Of a DNA stretch of 47,849 nt, positions 26,557 through 35,696 are shown piece after piece (position 1 is the stretch's first letter; each line of letters opens with the position of its first letter). A program made the position numbers and the translations under genes. The stretch lies in the NCBI GenBank assembly GCA_027366615.1, contig DAHXNG010000030.1:1-47849 (forward strand), in the 5' to 3' direction. The notes under the pieces were generated by a model. It was not told where the DNA came from. It made no database searches and saw only the letters and a list, made by a program, of their open reading frames with translations. This stretch comes from Nitrospirota bacterium (GTDB lineage: Bacteria; Nitrospirota; Leptospirillia; Leptospirillales; Leptospirillaceae).

Positions 26557-27387
26557 TTAAAAACGGGAGAGGGTCCGGGATCTTTCGGCCATGGACCGAA
26601 CGGCCTCGATCAGGGCACCGCGGACCCCCAGACGTTCGAGCACGGCGAGCCCCTCGATCGTCGTCCCCGCAGGCGAGGCCACGCGGGACTTGAGGGCTTC
26701 CGGAAGAATCCCCTTCTCGGCCAGGAGCGCCCCTGTCCCGTAGAGGGCCCAGGAGGAAAGGAGCGTCGCCGTCTCCCGGGAGAGCCCTTCCCGAACCCCC
26801 CCGTCGGCCAGCGCCTCGGCGACAAGAGCGAGTATTCCTGGTCCGGAGCCGGCGAGCGCCGTGGCCGCATCGAAGGATTCCTCGGGAAGCCAGAGGGCGC
26901 GGCCCATCCCGGCAAAGACCCCGTACAGGGCGCTTTGCTCCCCGTGGGCGACATCGGGCCCCGCCGCCAAAAGGGTCATCCCCCGCCCGGCAGAAAGGGC
27001 CAGATTGGTCATGGCCCGAACCCATCGAAGGCCGGAGGATCCCCCCCTCAATCGTTCGAGGGAGACTCCCGCCATGACCGAAAGGGCCAGCGTCCCGGGA
27101 GGGAGGAGCGACAGCCCGGAGGCGAGCTCCGAGCCCGGACGAAGGAATATTCCCGGTTTGACGGCCAGGAGCACGAGCCCCGGCCGGTCAGCCTTCCTCG
27201 TTGCCTCGACAAGGGAGGGGAAGACCTCGATCCCCTCCTGCTTCAGGGTCTTCTGCACCTCGACACCCGGGTCGACCACCCGAACCGGCCCGAATGGACC
27301 GTCGTGGCCGGAGAGGTGCCGGGCGAGAACCCCTCCCATCTGACCTCCGCCCACGACAAGGACCGGCCCCGAGAGCTCCGATCCCAT
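26557..27387 (-). CDS. proC: Pyrroline-5-carboxylate reductase
   Basis: GGGQMG, LAVKP, SVMAG, RAM.N, TALAGSGP and VASPAGTT motifs. Confidence 0.93.
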   Translation of the reverse strand: MGSELSGPVLVVGGGQMGGVLARHLSGHDGPFGPVRVVDPGVEVQKTLKQEGIEVFPSLVEATRKADRPGLVLLAVKPGIFLRPGSELASGLSLLPPGTLALSVMAGVSLERLRGGSSGLRWVRAMTNLALSAGRGMTLLAAGPDVAHGEQSALYGVFAGMGRALWLPEESFDAATALAGSGPGILALVAEALADGGVREGLSRETATLLSSWALYGTGALLAEKGILPEALKSRVASPAGTTIEGLAVLERLGVRGALIEAVRSMAERSRTLSRF

Positions 27388-27431
27388 CACCCCGCCTTTC
27401 CGGGTCTTCCCGGCCGACTGTTTTGCCTCTC

Positions 27432-28136
27432 TCACCGCGTCCCTTCCTCGAAAAGAATCCGTCCGATCCTGACCTCGGTCGACCCGCACCGGATCGCCTC
27501 CGAATAATCCTCCGACATCCCCATGGAAAGAGTCTCCATCGATGGAAAGGCTTTCAACGCCTCGCGCCAGAGGAACTCCCCCTCCGAAAAGACCTCCCGC
27601 ACCGGAGGAGCGTTCTTGTCCCCGGGCACCGGCCCCATGACCATGAGCCCTTCGAGAGTCGTCCCGGGGAGTGCCGCCAGGGATTCAATCTCCCGGCCAA
27701 GTGCCTCAGGCAGGATCCCGGTGCGACCGGGATCCCGGCAGACGTTGACCTCGACCAGAACTCCCTGCCGATTCCCCAACGACGCGGCCAGCCGCGAGAC
27801 CGCCTCCCCGTGGGAGACGCTGTCGACGGTATCGATCCGATAGAGAGGACGATAATAACGCTTGAGAGATCGGGTCTGGATCGGCCCGATAAAATGCCAG
27901 AAAAGGGGGGAAGAGAATCCTCCCGGAAGCTCCTCAAGCCGGGAAGTCCAGCTCTCCCAGCGATTTTCTGCCAGATGGCCGACCCCGGCCGAGGCAAGGG
28001 CAAAAAACTCCTCGAAGGTCCGGCCCTTGGTCACGCCCACAAGACGGGGCAAATCGGTGCGTCCGGCGGCCCGGGCCGCCTCTTCGATCCCTCGGCGAAC
28101 AAAGGCGAGATTGGCCGAGACCCTCTCATGGATCAT
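27432..28136 (-). CDS. yggS: YggS family PLP homeostasis protein
   Basis: LVGVTK, WHFIG.IQ, GLM and LSMGMSEDY..AI..GST.VRIG motifs; ATGA overlap with pgeF. Confidence 0.92.
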   Translation of the reverse strand: MIHERVSANLAFVRRGIEEAARAAGRTDLPRLVGVTKGRTFEEFFALASAGVGHLAENRWESWTSRLEELPGGFSSPLFWHFIGPIQTRSLKRYYRPLYRIDTVDSVSHGEAVSRLAASLGNRQGVLVEVNVCRDPGRTGILPEALGREIESLAALPGTTLEGLMVMGPVPGDKNAPPVREVFSEGEFLWREALKAFPSMETLSMGMSEDYSEAIRCGSTEVRIGRILFEEGTR

Positions 28137-28801
28137 GGTCGGGGAAGAATATAGTTGATCATTGAGCGGCCTTTTCTCTCCCCCCCCATTCCCCGGTGGG
28201 AAAAAAAGAGGTCCGGGTGGCATCGCGTGCAGAGGGGGAGGCTCCCGATATTTTCCGGAAGAAGGCCCATCTCTTCGAGCTGAAAAGCCACAAGCCCCCG
28301 GATGTCGAGCTTGGAGGTCGAGGGCGGACGGTAACCGGGGGTTCCCGTTCCAACGGCCTCCCAGACCTCGGAGCCAACTTCGTAGCAGCAGGGACCGATG
28401 GCGGGCCCCAGGACCGCCCGCATCTCCCGCGCCGGACCACCCCCCTCCCGAAGGAGATGGCGAACCCCCTCCCGGGCGATACCGGAGGTCGCCCCCCGCC
28501 ATCCGGCATGAAGAGCTGCCACATGGCGCCCCGAGCGGGAGGAGAGGAAGACCGGAAGGCAGTCGGCCGTCCAGACACCGACGGGACGGCCCCCCGGCCC
28601 CGAGAAAAGGCCATCCCCGGAAGAAGGCACTCCAGCAGACAGAATCTCGATCTCCGGGAGAACGGTCGTCCCGTGAACCTGCCGAAGCGTCACTGCCTCG
28701 CGGCTTTTCCCGAGTTCTTGTCCGAAGTCCCCTCTTGACAGGCGCGTTCCGAAGCCGTGCTCCACACCCAAAAGAGTCAGCAGGGAATGGGCAAGCTCCA
28801 T
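28133..28801 (-). CDS. pgeF: PgeF/YfiH (YlmD) family protein
   Basis: QVHG, TADC.P, HAGWRG, GPAIGPCCYEVG and CT.C....FFSHR motifs. Confidence 0.93.
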   Translation of the reverse strand: MELAHSLLTLLGVEHGFGTRLSRGDFGQELGKSREAVTLRQVHGTTVLPEIEILSAGVPSSGDGLFSGPGGRPVGVWTADCLPVFLSSRSGRHVAALHAGWRGATSGIAREGVRHLLREGGGPAREMRAVLGPAIGPCCYEVGSEVWEAVGTGTPGYRPPSTSKLDIRGLVAFQLEEMGLLPENIGSLPLCTRCHPDLFFSHRGMGGERKGRSMINYILPRP

Positions 28802-29979
28802 CAGGGATCGCTCCTCTTTCTCCAGATCGCCGGGCGCTCCGAGAGCCCCTCCTCCTCGGCTATAGCCGGAGGAGCCGGCTCCCGGGCCGGGGGGCGGGGA
28901 TGCTGGGAGGCCTGGCGCCGCAGATAGGCCGGCATCTCCTCCTGCCCCTCCGCGAAGACTTCCTCGGAGGTCTCCGCCGGTGCCTCCGGCTCGGCCGGCC
29001 GGTCGAAGCCCGTGGCGATCACCGTGATGTAGATCTCCTCCATCGGATGGTCCTCCACGACCGTTCCGAAGATGAGGTTGGCCGATCCCTTCTCCGCCGC
29101 CTCCTCGATGAGACGGGAGGCCTCAGTGATCTCGTTTAAAGTCATGTTCGAGCCCCCCCGGAAATTCACGAGGATACCCCGCGCCCCGCGAATCGAGCTG
29201 TCCTCGAGGAGCGGGCTGTTGATCGCCCTCTCGGCGGCTTCCCGGGCACGGTTCGGCCCGGAGGCCGTCCCGATCCCCATGACGGCGCGCCCCATGTTGG
29301 ACATGGTCGTCTTGACATCGGCAAAGTCGAGGTTGATGAGACCCGGACGGGTAATGATGTCCGAGATCCCCTGAACGCCCTGGCGGAGCACGTCGTCGGC
29401 CTTCTTGAAGGCGTCGATCAGGGGGGTTCCCCGGTCGACCACCGATTCGAGCCGGTCGTTGGGTATGACGATCAGCGTGTCGGTATAACGCCGGAGCTCC
29501 CGGAGTCCCTCTTCGGCGTTGCGCCCCCGCTTAGGCCCCTCAAATCCGAAGGGTGTAGTCACGACCGCCACCGTCAGGATCCCCGCTTCGCGGGCCACCT
29601 GGGCAATGACGGGTGCCGCCCCCGTCCCGGTTCCACCGCCCATGCCGGCCGTCACAAAGACCATGTCGGCGCCGATGACCACGGTCCGGATCTTGTCCAT
29701 GTCCTCGATCGCCGAACGGCGACCCACGTCGGGATTGGCTCCAGCGCCCAGCCCCCGGCTTACGGCGCTTCCGATCTGGATCCGCTGGGCATCGATACGG
29801 TTTAACGCCTGGACGTCGGTGTTCACGGCAACGAACTCGACCCCCTTGAGCTCCGACTGGATCATCGAGCGGATGGCGTTGCATCCCCCCCCGCCGACGC
29901 CAATCACCAGGATCCGGGCCCCGAGAATCCCCGACTGCTTGTAATCTATGATGGGCTCATCGCCCCACTCTGACTCCAT
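28801..29979 (-). CDS. ftsZ: Cell division protein FtsZ
   Basis: [27 protein letters not shown] and NLDFADV motifs. Confidence 0.99.
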   Translation of the reverse strand: MESEWGDEPIIDYKQSGILGARILVIGVGGGGCNAIRSMIQSELKGVEFVAVNTDVQALNRIDAQRIQIGSAVSRGLGAGANPDVGRRSAIEDMDKIRTVVIGADMVFVTAGMGGGTGTGAAPVIAQVAREAGILTVAVVTTPFGFEGPKRGRNAEEGLRELRRYTDTLIVIPNDRLESVVDRGTPLIDAFKKADDVLRQGVQGISDIITRPGLINLDFADVKTTMSNMGRAVMGIGTASGPNRAREAAERAINSPLLEDSSIRGARGILVNFRGGSNMTLNEITEASRLIEEAAEKGSANLIFGTVVEDHPMEEIYITVIATGFDRPAEPEAPAETSEEVFAEGQEEMPAYLRRQASQHPRPPAREPAPPAIAEEEGLSERPAIWRKRSDP

Positions 29980-30027
29980 GACGACTCTCCCGGAAGGCCC
30001 CGGGATTTCTCCCTTGGCCCGCTTATG

Positions 30028-31323
30028 CTAGATGATTTCCCTGAGCCAGTTCCACAGGCGAACGCCAGCCGGTGGGCCTTCCCGTTCCTTTTTGTCCGAC
30101 TCTGAAGCGGCCGGCCCGGAATCGGAATGGGGAGCCGCCTCCCGGACGGGGACATCGGAGGGAACCCACTGGTCTCTCGCGAAGTAGAGAAGCCCCACTG
30201 CCGACGCATACTCTGGCCCGGAGGTCTGGTCGACAAGACCCTGGACCCGCTCGCCCGGATGGCCCACCGACACGGGCATCTCAAAGATCTTTTCCGCAAA
30301 GGAGGTGATATTCGGCATCCGGGCGACCCCTCCGGTGAGGACGACCCCCCGCGCGAGAAAGGCCCCCTGCCGGAGACGATCGAGATCGGTCTTGACCTTC
30401 CTGAGGATCTCCTCAAGCCGGGCCTCCACCACCTCCCGGACCTGGACGCGTCGTCCGGCCGCCGAAAGCTCCTCCGGCGAGAGCGTCCCGGCCTCTTCGT
30501 CCTCCGGAAGGGGCGGTTCCGCATGGCCCGGAGTACTGAAAACCTCCCGCTTGACGCGCTCGGCATCGGCCTGGGAGATCCGGAGAACCGCCGCAAGATC
30601 CTTCGTCATGGCCGCCCCTCCCAGGGGAACGACCCGCACTCCTGAGAGCGCGCCGTTCAAAAAGAGAACCATTCCGGTCGTGCCGCCGCCGATGTCGACA
30701 ACGCAGACACCCAGCTCCTTGTCGTCTTCGGTAAGCACTGCCCTTGCGCTGGCCAGGGGCTGGAGGATCAGATCTCCGTCGCGCACCTCAAGGCCCGCCC
30801 GCTCCACGCTTCGCTTCAAATTGGCCAGGACCATGTCCGAACCACGGATAACGTGGACCTGGGCCTCGAGCCTCGCCCCCACCATGCCGACAGGGTTCAG
30901 GATCCCCCCCTGCTCGTCGATGCGATACCCCTTGGGAATGGTGTGGAGAAGCTCCGAGGGGGAGCATCCCATCATCGTCCTGGCCTCCTGGAGGATCCGG
31001 GCGATGTCGGACTCAAGGACCTCCCGGTCCTTGAGGGCGATCATCACACGCTGGTCCTGGCCCTCGATCTCTCCCCCGGCAAACCCCACCACGACCCGGG
31101 TCAGGGGATGGCTGGCCTTGCGGCCGGCGATATCGACCGCCTTGCGAATGGCCGCAACGGTTTGCTGAACATCGACGATCGTCCCGTTTCTGATCCCGTG
31201 ATGAGTGGAGGCCGTTCCTATCCCGACAATCTCGAACATGTCCTCTTCAAGAACCTGCCCCACCACGGCGCAGACCTTTGTGGATCCAAGATCGATGGCA
31301 GCAAAAATCGGTTGTTCCGTCAT
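30028..31323 (-). CDS. ftsA: Cell division protein FtsA
   Basis: DLGSTK, DIGGGTT, LTGG, and a C-terminal amphipathic helix (RLWNWLREII). Confidence 0.96.
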   Translation of the reverse strand: MTEQPIFAAIDLGSTKVCAVVGQVLEEDMFEIVGIGTASTHHGIRNGTIVDVQQTVAAIRKAVDIAGRKASHPLTRVVVGFAGGEIEGQDQRVMIALKDREVLESDIARILQEARTMMGCSPSELLHTIPKGYRIDEQGGILNPVGMVGARLEAQVHVIRGSDMVLANLKRSVERAGLEVRDGDLILQPLASARAVLTEDDKELGVCVVDIGGGTTGMVLFLNGALSGVRVVPLGGAAMTKDLAAVLRISQADAERVKREVFSTPGHAEPPLPEDEEAGTLSPEELSAAGRRVQVREVVEARLEEILRKVKTDLDRLRQGAFLARGVVLTGGVARMPNITSFAEKIFEMPVSVGHPGERVQGLVDQTSGPEYASAVGLLYFARDQWVPSDVPVREAAPHSDSGPAASESDKKEREGPPAGVRLWNWLREII

Positions 31324-31455
31324 CAGATTCCTCAAGTCGTTTTAATGTCGTATCGACAAACCACACCCCTTCAAGCGTGCCCATTTTCGCACAATCCGGG
31401 CTCTCCCTCAACCAAGGATCAAAATGGATTTGGAGGGAGATCCCGGGGAAGGTCG

Positions 31456-32313
31456 CTAGGATCGGAGGGAGACAGGCTCGCGCCCGGAAGTCTTCTTCGG
31501 AGGATCCAGCACCGGGCGAAGGACCAGCATCCCCGAAAAGCGCAGGTCGACAGCCTCCGGGATCTTGCCCTGGGCCTGCCCCCCCGAATGCTTCACGAAG
31601 GAGTCGTAGAGCCGGAAGGGCGCACAGCCGAGATCGGTCCCCAAAAGAAGAACCGGAGACTGGCGTCCGGGATCGAAGCGGATTTCGTGGGGACCGTTCA
31701 GACTGTACCAGCTCCCCGCAGGAGAACCTGCCCTCCAGCAACGGGCGACGGTCTGGATCGTCCGGGCAAGACGTCGGCCGACATCGTGAGTCAGCGGCGA
31801 CTTGACGATCACCTGGGGAAGGGCTCCGGTCCCCGGAATGCTCTCGCCGAAAAGGACCTGTCCCCCCTCGACAAGATAGGAGGAGTGGAGGGGAGCGGCC
31901 TGGGGCTTCTGCACCTGAAAGGCCAAGAAACCGTAGGAAGGGAGAAGAACGGCAAGAGGAGCCTTGAGCCGGACGCGAACAATCCGGCCTTCTCCCAAAA
32001 CGAGCTTGATACTCGCCTGGGAAATCCACGGGTGGGAGCTGACGAGATCTGAGAGGATCTCCCGATTGGAATAGGGAAGGGTCCGGAAGGACAGCGGAAC
32101 GACCCACCCCCGTACCGTTTCCGAGGAAAGGACGGGAAGGCCGATCACGGCGGTCTGAAGGGGACGGCTGTGCATTCGGGAAAAACCTGCGACAATCACC
32201 CCCCCCCAGAAAACCCAGAAAAGGACGAGAAGAACATAGCGACCTGTCTTCGGTCGAATCCTTGCCCCTCCGGGAGTCTCCGGGGCTTCCGACTCCGGAG
32301 AAGGGGTGGCCAT
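31456..32313 (-). CDS. ftsQ: Cell division protein FtsQ/DivIB-like (diverged)
   Basis: Between ddl and ftsA; single N-terminal TM, HPWI..ASI POTRA-like segment and C-terminal VDLRF. Confidence 0.72.
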   Translation of the reverse strand: MATPSPESEAPETPGGARIRPKTGRYVLLVLFWVFWGGVIVAGFSRMHSRPLQTAVIGLPVLSSETVRGWVVPLSFRTLPYSNREILSDLVSSHPWISQASIKLVLGEGRIVRVRLKAPLAVLLPSYGFLAFQVQKPQAAPLHSSYLVEGGQVLFGESIPGTGALPQVIVKSPLTHDVGRRLARTIQTVARCWRAGSPAGSWYSLNGPHEIRFDPGRQSPVLLLGTDLGCAPFRLYDSFVKHSGGQAQGKIPEAVDLRFSGMLVLRPVLDPPKKTSGREPVSLRS

Positions 32314-33293
32314 CAGCGGACGGGGAGGACGGGGGACGCCCCCCGCTCATCGAGAGCGGCCGTGGCGATAAGCTCGAGAAGAAGGTCGGAAAAAGAGAGC
32401 CCCGCGTGGGAGGCAATTTCCGGAAGAAGGGAGGTCGGAGTCAGCCCCGGGAGCGTATTGATCTCAAGGAGGACAAAGACCCCCTCCTCATTCTGGATCG
32501 TATCGAGCCGGCAGGCGCCCCTCACATCGAGCACCCGACAGGCCTCGAGCGTTATCGCGGCAAGCTCCGCGGACTCGTCGGAGGAGAGCGGAGCCGGGCT
32601 TATGTGCCGGGAGCCCCCCGGAACATACTTGGAGGCATAGGTATAGAATGGCTCGGCCTTGTCGGGGATGATCTCGATCGCTCCGAGATATTGCCCCGAA
32701 AGAAGTGCGGACTGGATCTCCCTGCCGGGAATCAGTTGCTCGACAAGCACCCACCGGGAGTATCGTCCGGCCTCGTCAACGGCCGATGAAAGGTCCTCGC
32801 GGCGGGCAACTCGCCTGACTCCGATAGAGGAGCCAGCGGCTTCCGGCTTAACCATATAGGGAGGATCGAAGGAAATGAGGCCGGGAGAAAAGGAGTCGCC
32901 TGTCCGGTGCGCATAGGTCAGGGGAACGGCCAGTCCTCTCTCGCGAAACAGGGCCCGCGAGCGCATCTTGGACATCCCGATGGCCGAGGGCAGAACCCCC
33001 GACCCGGTATAAGGGATCTTCATCGTCTCAAGAAAGCCCTGGAGCGTTCCGTTCTCTCCCCCGCCGCCATGAGTCGCCAGAAAGGCCACATCGGGGGCAA
33101 ATTCCGCAAGCGTCACCGCCAGGGTGCGGTCGGCCTCGAACTCCCGGACGTCAAAACCGGCCTTTTTAAGTGCCTCGGTCACTGCGCGTGCCGACACTCT
33201 GGAGACCTCGGCCTCATCGGACTCTCCGCCCGCCAGAACGGCAATCCGGCGGATCCCTCTAGCGGCCAATTCTTCCCGGCTTATGCGTTCCAT
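32313..33293 (-). CDS. ddl: D-alanine--D-alanine ligase
   Basis: GG.S.E..VS, HG..GE.G.LQG, PYTGSG, GSSIG, FYTYASKY and LEINTLPG motifs. Confidence 0.96.
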   Translation of the reverse strand: MERISREELAARGIRRIAVLAGGESDEAEVSRVSARAVTEALKKAGFDVREFEADRTLAVTLAEFAPDVAFLATHGGGGENGTLQGFLETMKIPYTGSGVLPSAIGMSKMRSRALFRERGLAVPLTYAHRTGDSFSPGLISFDPPYMVKPEAAGSSIGVRRVARREDLSSAVDEAGRYSRWVLVEQLIPGREIQSALLSGQYLGAIEIIPDKAEPFYTYASKYVPGGSRHISPAPLSSDESAELAAITLEACRVLDVRGACRLDTIQNEEGVFVLLEINTLPGLTPTSLLPEIASHAGLSFSDLLLELIATAALDERGASPVLPVR

Positions 33294-34225
33294 ATTCTCA
33301 CCTCGGGCTCAAGAACGACCCCCCATGTCTCCTGCACCGTCTTCGACACGGCGTACATGAGTTCAAGAAAGTCACTGGCCCTCCCGCCCCCGGTATTGAC
33401 GAAAAAGTTCCCGTGGCGGGGGGAGACCATCACGCCTCCGACCGAACGTCCCTTAAGCCCGCTCTCCGCGATTAGTCGTCCGGCAGAGTATCCGGGGGGA
33501 CCTCCCGAGGGATTTCGGAAGACCGAACCCAGGCTCGGCTCTTCAAGGGGCTGGGTCCCCCTCCGGTAGTCGAGATGGGAGGAGAGTCTCGCCTGGCATT
33601 CTCCCGGATCGGCAAATGCCCCCCGCAAGCGGGAGGAAAGAACCACGGCGCCGGACAAGGCATGTCCCGCTCCTGGCTCCCCGGCTGTGAGCCAGGCAGA
33701 AGAGCGATAGCCGTAGCAAAGATCCCGGGCCGGAAGAGTCTCGACCGCCCCGGCTCCCGTCGCAACGGTAACGGACTCGCACAGGTCTGACCACTGGCCG
33801 CTTCCGGCACCGGCGTTCATGACAGTCGCCCCTCCGACGGTTCCCGGGATACCCGACAGGAACTCGAAGCCGGCAACCCCCCGGCGGGCGGCATCCCGCG
33901 CCAGCGCAGGGAGGGAAATTCCGGCATCGACATCAACGGAACCGTCGGAAAACCAGCGGCATCCCGAGGCCCCGTCCCCGTGCTCGAAGCGAACCAGGGT
34001 CCCGCCCAGTCCGGTGTCGGGGAAAAGAATATTGCTCCCTCTCCCGACAAATGCCAGAGGACCGGGAATCTCGCCCCGGCGGTACATCTCAAAGACCTCG
34101 CCCAGAACCTCGCTTGAGGAAAGGGAGACCACGGCGGCCACAGGACCCCCGATGCGAATCGAGGAAAAGCGGCTCAGGCGCTCACGGCATCGGAGGCGTG
34201 GGCGGAGACGGATCGCGGTTGCCAC
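33281..34225 (-). CDS. murB: UDP-N-acetylmuramate dehydrogenase
   Basis: RIGGP, G.GSN, GIPGTVGG...MNAGA, YR.S, QP...PS.GSVFRNP and H.NF motifs. GTG start is approximate. Confidence 0.93.
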   Translation of the reverse strand: MATAIRLRPRLRCRERLSRFSSIRIGGPVAAVVSLSSSEVLGEVFEMYRRGEIPGPLAFVGRGSNILFPDTGLGGTLVRFEHGDGASGCRWFSDGSVDVDAGISLPALARDAARRGVAGFEFLSGIPGTVGGATVMNAGAGSGQWSDLCESVTVATGAGAVETLPARDLCYGYRSSAWLTAGEPGAGHALSGAVVLSSRLRGAFADPGECQARLSSHLDYRRGTQPLEEPSLGSVFRNPSGGPPGYSAGRLIAESGLKGRSVGGVMVSPRHGNFFVNTGGGRASDFLELMYAVSKTVQETWGVVLEPEVRIWNA

Positions 34226-35589
34226 TGAAGAAAGTCCTTTCCAAGACGTGTAATGTCGCCCGCTCCCAATGTGAGAAGAAGGTCTCCCGATTTGAGCATC
34301 CCGTTGAGCCTCTCGACCCAGCGGTCGCGACGGGGCTCGTAGTCGACCCGGTCTTCCCATCGGTCCCGCATCTTTTTGTAAAGCCCCTCGCTCCCGATAC
34401 CCGGGATCGGATCCTCTCCCGCAGAGTAGATCTCGGTCACCAGGATCTTGTCCGCGTCGCAGAAAGACTCGATAAAGGCGTTCTGAAGGTCCCTGACCCG
34501 GGTAAAGCGGTGTGGCTGGAAGACGGCCACGATGCGGCGCCCCGGGTAGGCCAGGCGCGCCGCGGCCAAGGTCGCCCGGATTTCTGTCGGGTGATGGCCG
34601 TAGTCGTCGACGACGACGATCCCGTCGCGCTCTCCCAGAAGAGTGAAGCGCCGCCCCACGCTTTCGAATCGCGCAAGGGCCCCGTGCATGATCTCGGGGG
34701 AAAGTTCGAGACAGATTCCAGCACAGATCGCGGCCAGGGCGTTGAGGATGTTGTGAAGACCCGGAACCCGGAGGGAGAAGCGACCCCAGAGAAAGCCGTC
34801 GACCCGAACGTCAAAGGAGGATCCTATCCCCTCGTGAACAATATTCTCCGCCCGGACGCGGGCGTCAGGGGAGAGTCCGTAGGTCAGGGGAACGGTCGAG
34901 ATACGGTCGACAAGAGATGCGACACCGGGGTCGTCGATGCAGAGGATTCCGATCCCGCCGGTCTCACCGGCATCGAGATAGGTGGCAAAGGCCTGGAGGA
35001 GGTTGTCGAAGGTTCCGTAGAAGTCCATATGTTCGCGGTCGATATTGGTGACGATCCGGAGCCGGGGTTCGAGCTTCATGAAGGATCCGTCACTTTCGTC
35101 CGCCTCGGTCACGAAATACGGAGATCGTCCGACGAGGGCGCATCCGGGGAAGCTCGATACGCGCCCCCCGACGACGCATGTCGGGTCGAGGCCGCCAGCG
35201 ACGAGGAGGGAGGCGACCATGGAGGTCGTCGTCGTCTTCCCGTGGGAGCCCGTCACGGCGATACCGAAGACCGGGTTGACGAGGGAGGCCAGCATCTCCC
35301 CGCGGGAAATGACAGGGATCCCTCGCGTAAGGGCGGCGATCCATTCGGGATTGTTGTGGCGAATAGCGGAGGAGACCACGACCTTGCCTACCCCGTCGGA
35401 GATATTTGCAGCGGAATGGCCAGAGAGGATCGTCGCCCCCTTCTCCGCCAGCCTCCGGGTAGCGTCGTTTGCCCCCTGATCCGACCCCGAAACCGGGAGG
35501 CCTCTCTCAAGCAGAATTTCCGCAATCGGAGCCATTCCGGCTCCGCCAATCCCGATAAAATGAACCATCGATCCCTTTGCCTTCCCCAT
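34174..35589 (-). CDS. murC: UDP-N-acetylmuramate--L-alanine ligase
   Basis: HFIGIGGAGM, GSHGKTTT, EADESDGSF, DDYGHHPTE and FQPHR motifs. Confidence 0.97.
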   Translation of the reverse strand: MGKAKGSMVHFIGIGGAGMAPIAEILLERGLPVSGSDQGANDATRRLAEKGATILSGHSAANISDGVGKVVVSSAIRHNNPEWIAALTRGIPVISRGEMLASLVNPVFGIAVTGSHGKTTTTSMVASLLVAGGLDPTCVVGGRVSSFPGCALVGRSPYFVTEADESDGSFMKLEPRLRIVTNIDREHMDFYGTFDNLLQAFATYLDAGETGGIGILCIDDPGVASLVDRISTVPLTYGLSPDARVRAENIVHEGIGSSFDVRVDGFLWGRFSLRVPGLHNILNALAAICAGICLELSPEIMHGALARFESVGRRFTLLGERDGIVVVDDYGHHPTEIRATLAAARLAYPGRRIVAVFQPHRFTRVRDLQNAFIESFCDADKILVTEIYSAGEDPIPGIGSEGLYKKMRDRWEDRVDYEPRRDRWVERLNGMLKSGDLLLTLGAGDITRLGKDFLQWQPRSVSAHASDAVSA

Positions 35590-35613
35590 CAAGTCCTCCA
35601 CTGTCTCGGGTTT

Positions 35614-35642
35614 ATATTAACGGATTTCCTTGAATTTTCCAA
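35614..35642 (-). promoter_or_regulatory. Candidate internal dcw promoter upstream of murC
   Basis: TTGGAA, 17-nt spacer, TAATAT, in an AT-rich intergenic gap of about 100 nt. Confidence 0.5.
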
Positions 35643-35696
35643 GGTTTCCCATTCCCAAAAACAATTCCATCAAAAATTTTATCGGACCTAAAGATT

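Noticed and set aside
25385..28502. Apparent long N-terminal fusions on DUF167 (to 26245), YggT (to 27025) and YggS (to 28502)
   Set aside because: These come from choosing the most upstream start; the extensions overlap divIVA, proC and pgeF and look like off-frame sequence.
32313..33293. Possible D-Ala-D-Lac (vancomycin-resistance type) ligase
   Set aside because: The omega loop reads FYTYASKY, typical of D-Ala-D-Ala ligases, and the gene is in its normal dcw position.
34051..35691. 546-aa plus-strand ORF, and similar long antisense ORFs (2108-3274, 7307-8458, 9583-10617, 15886-16932, 30853-32052, 39014-40426)
   Set aside because: They lie antisense to well-conserved genes, show no recognisable motifs, and are expected shadows of GC-rich codon usage.
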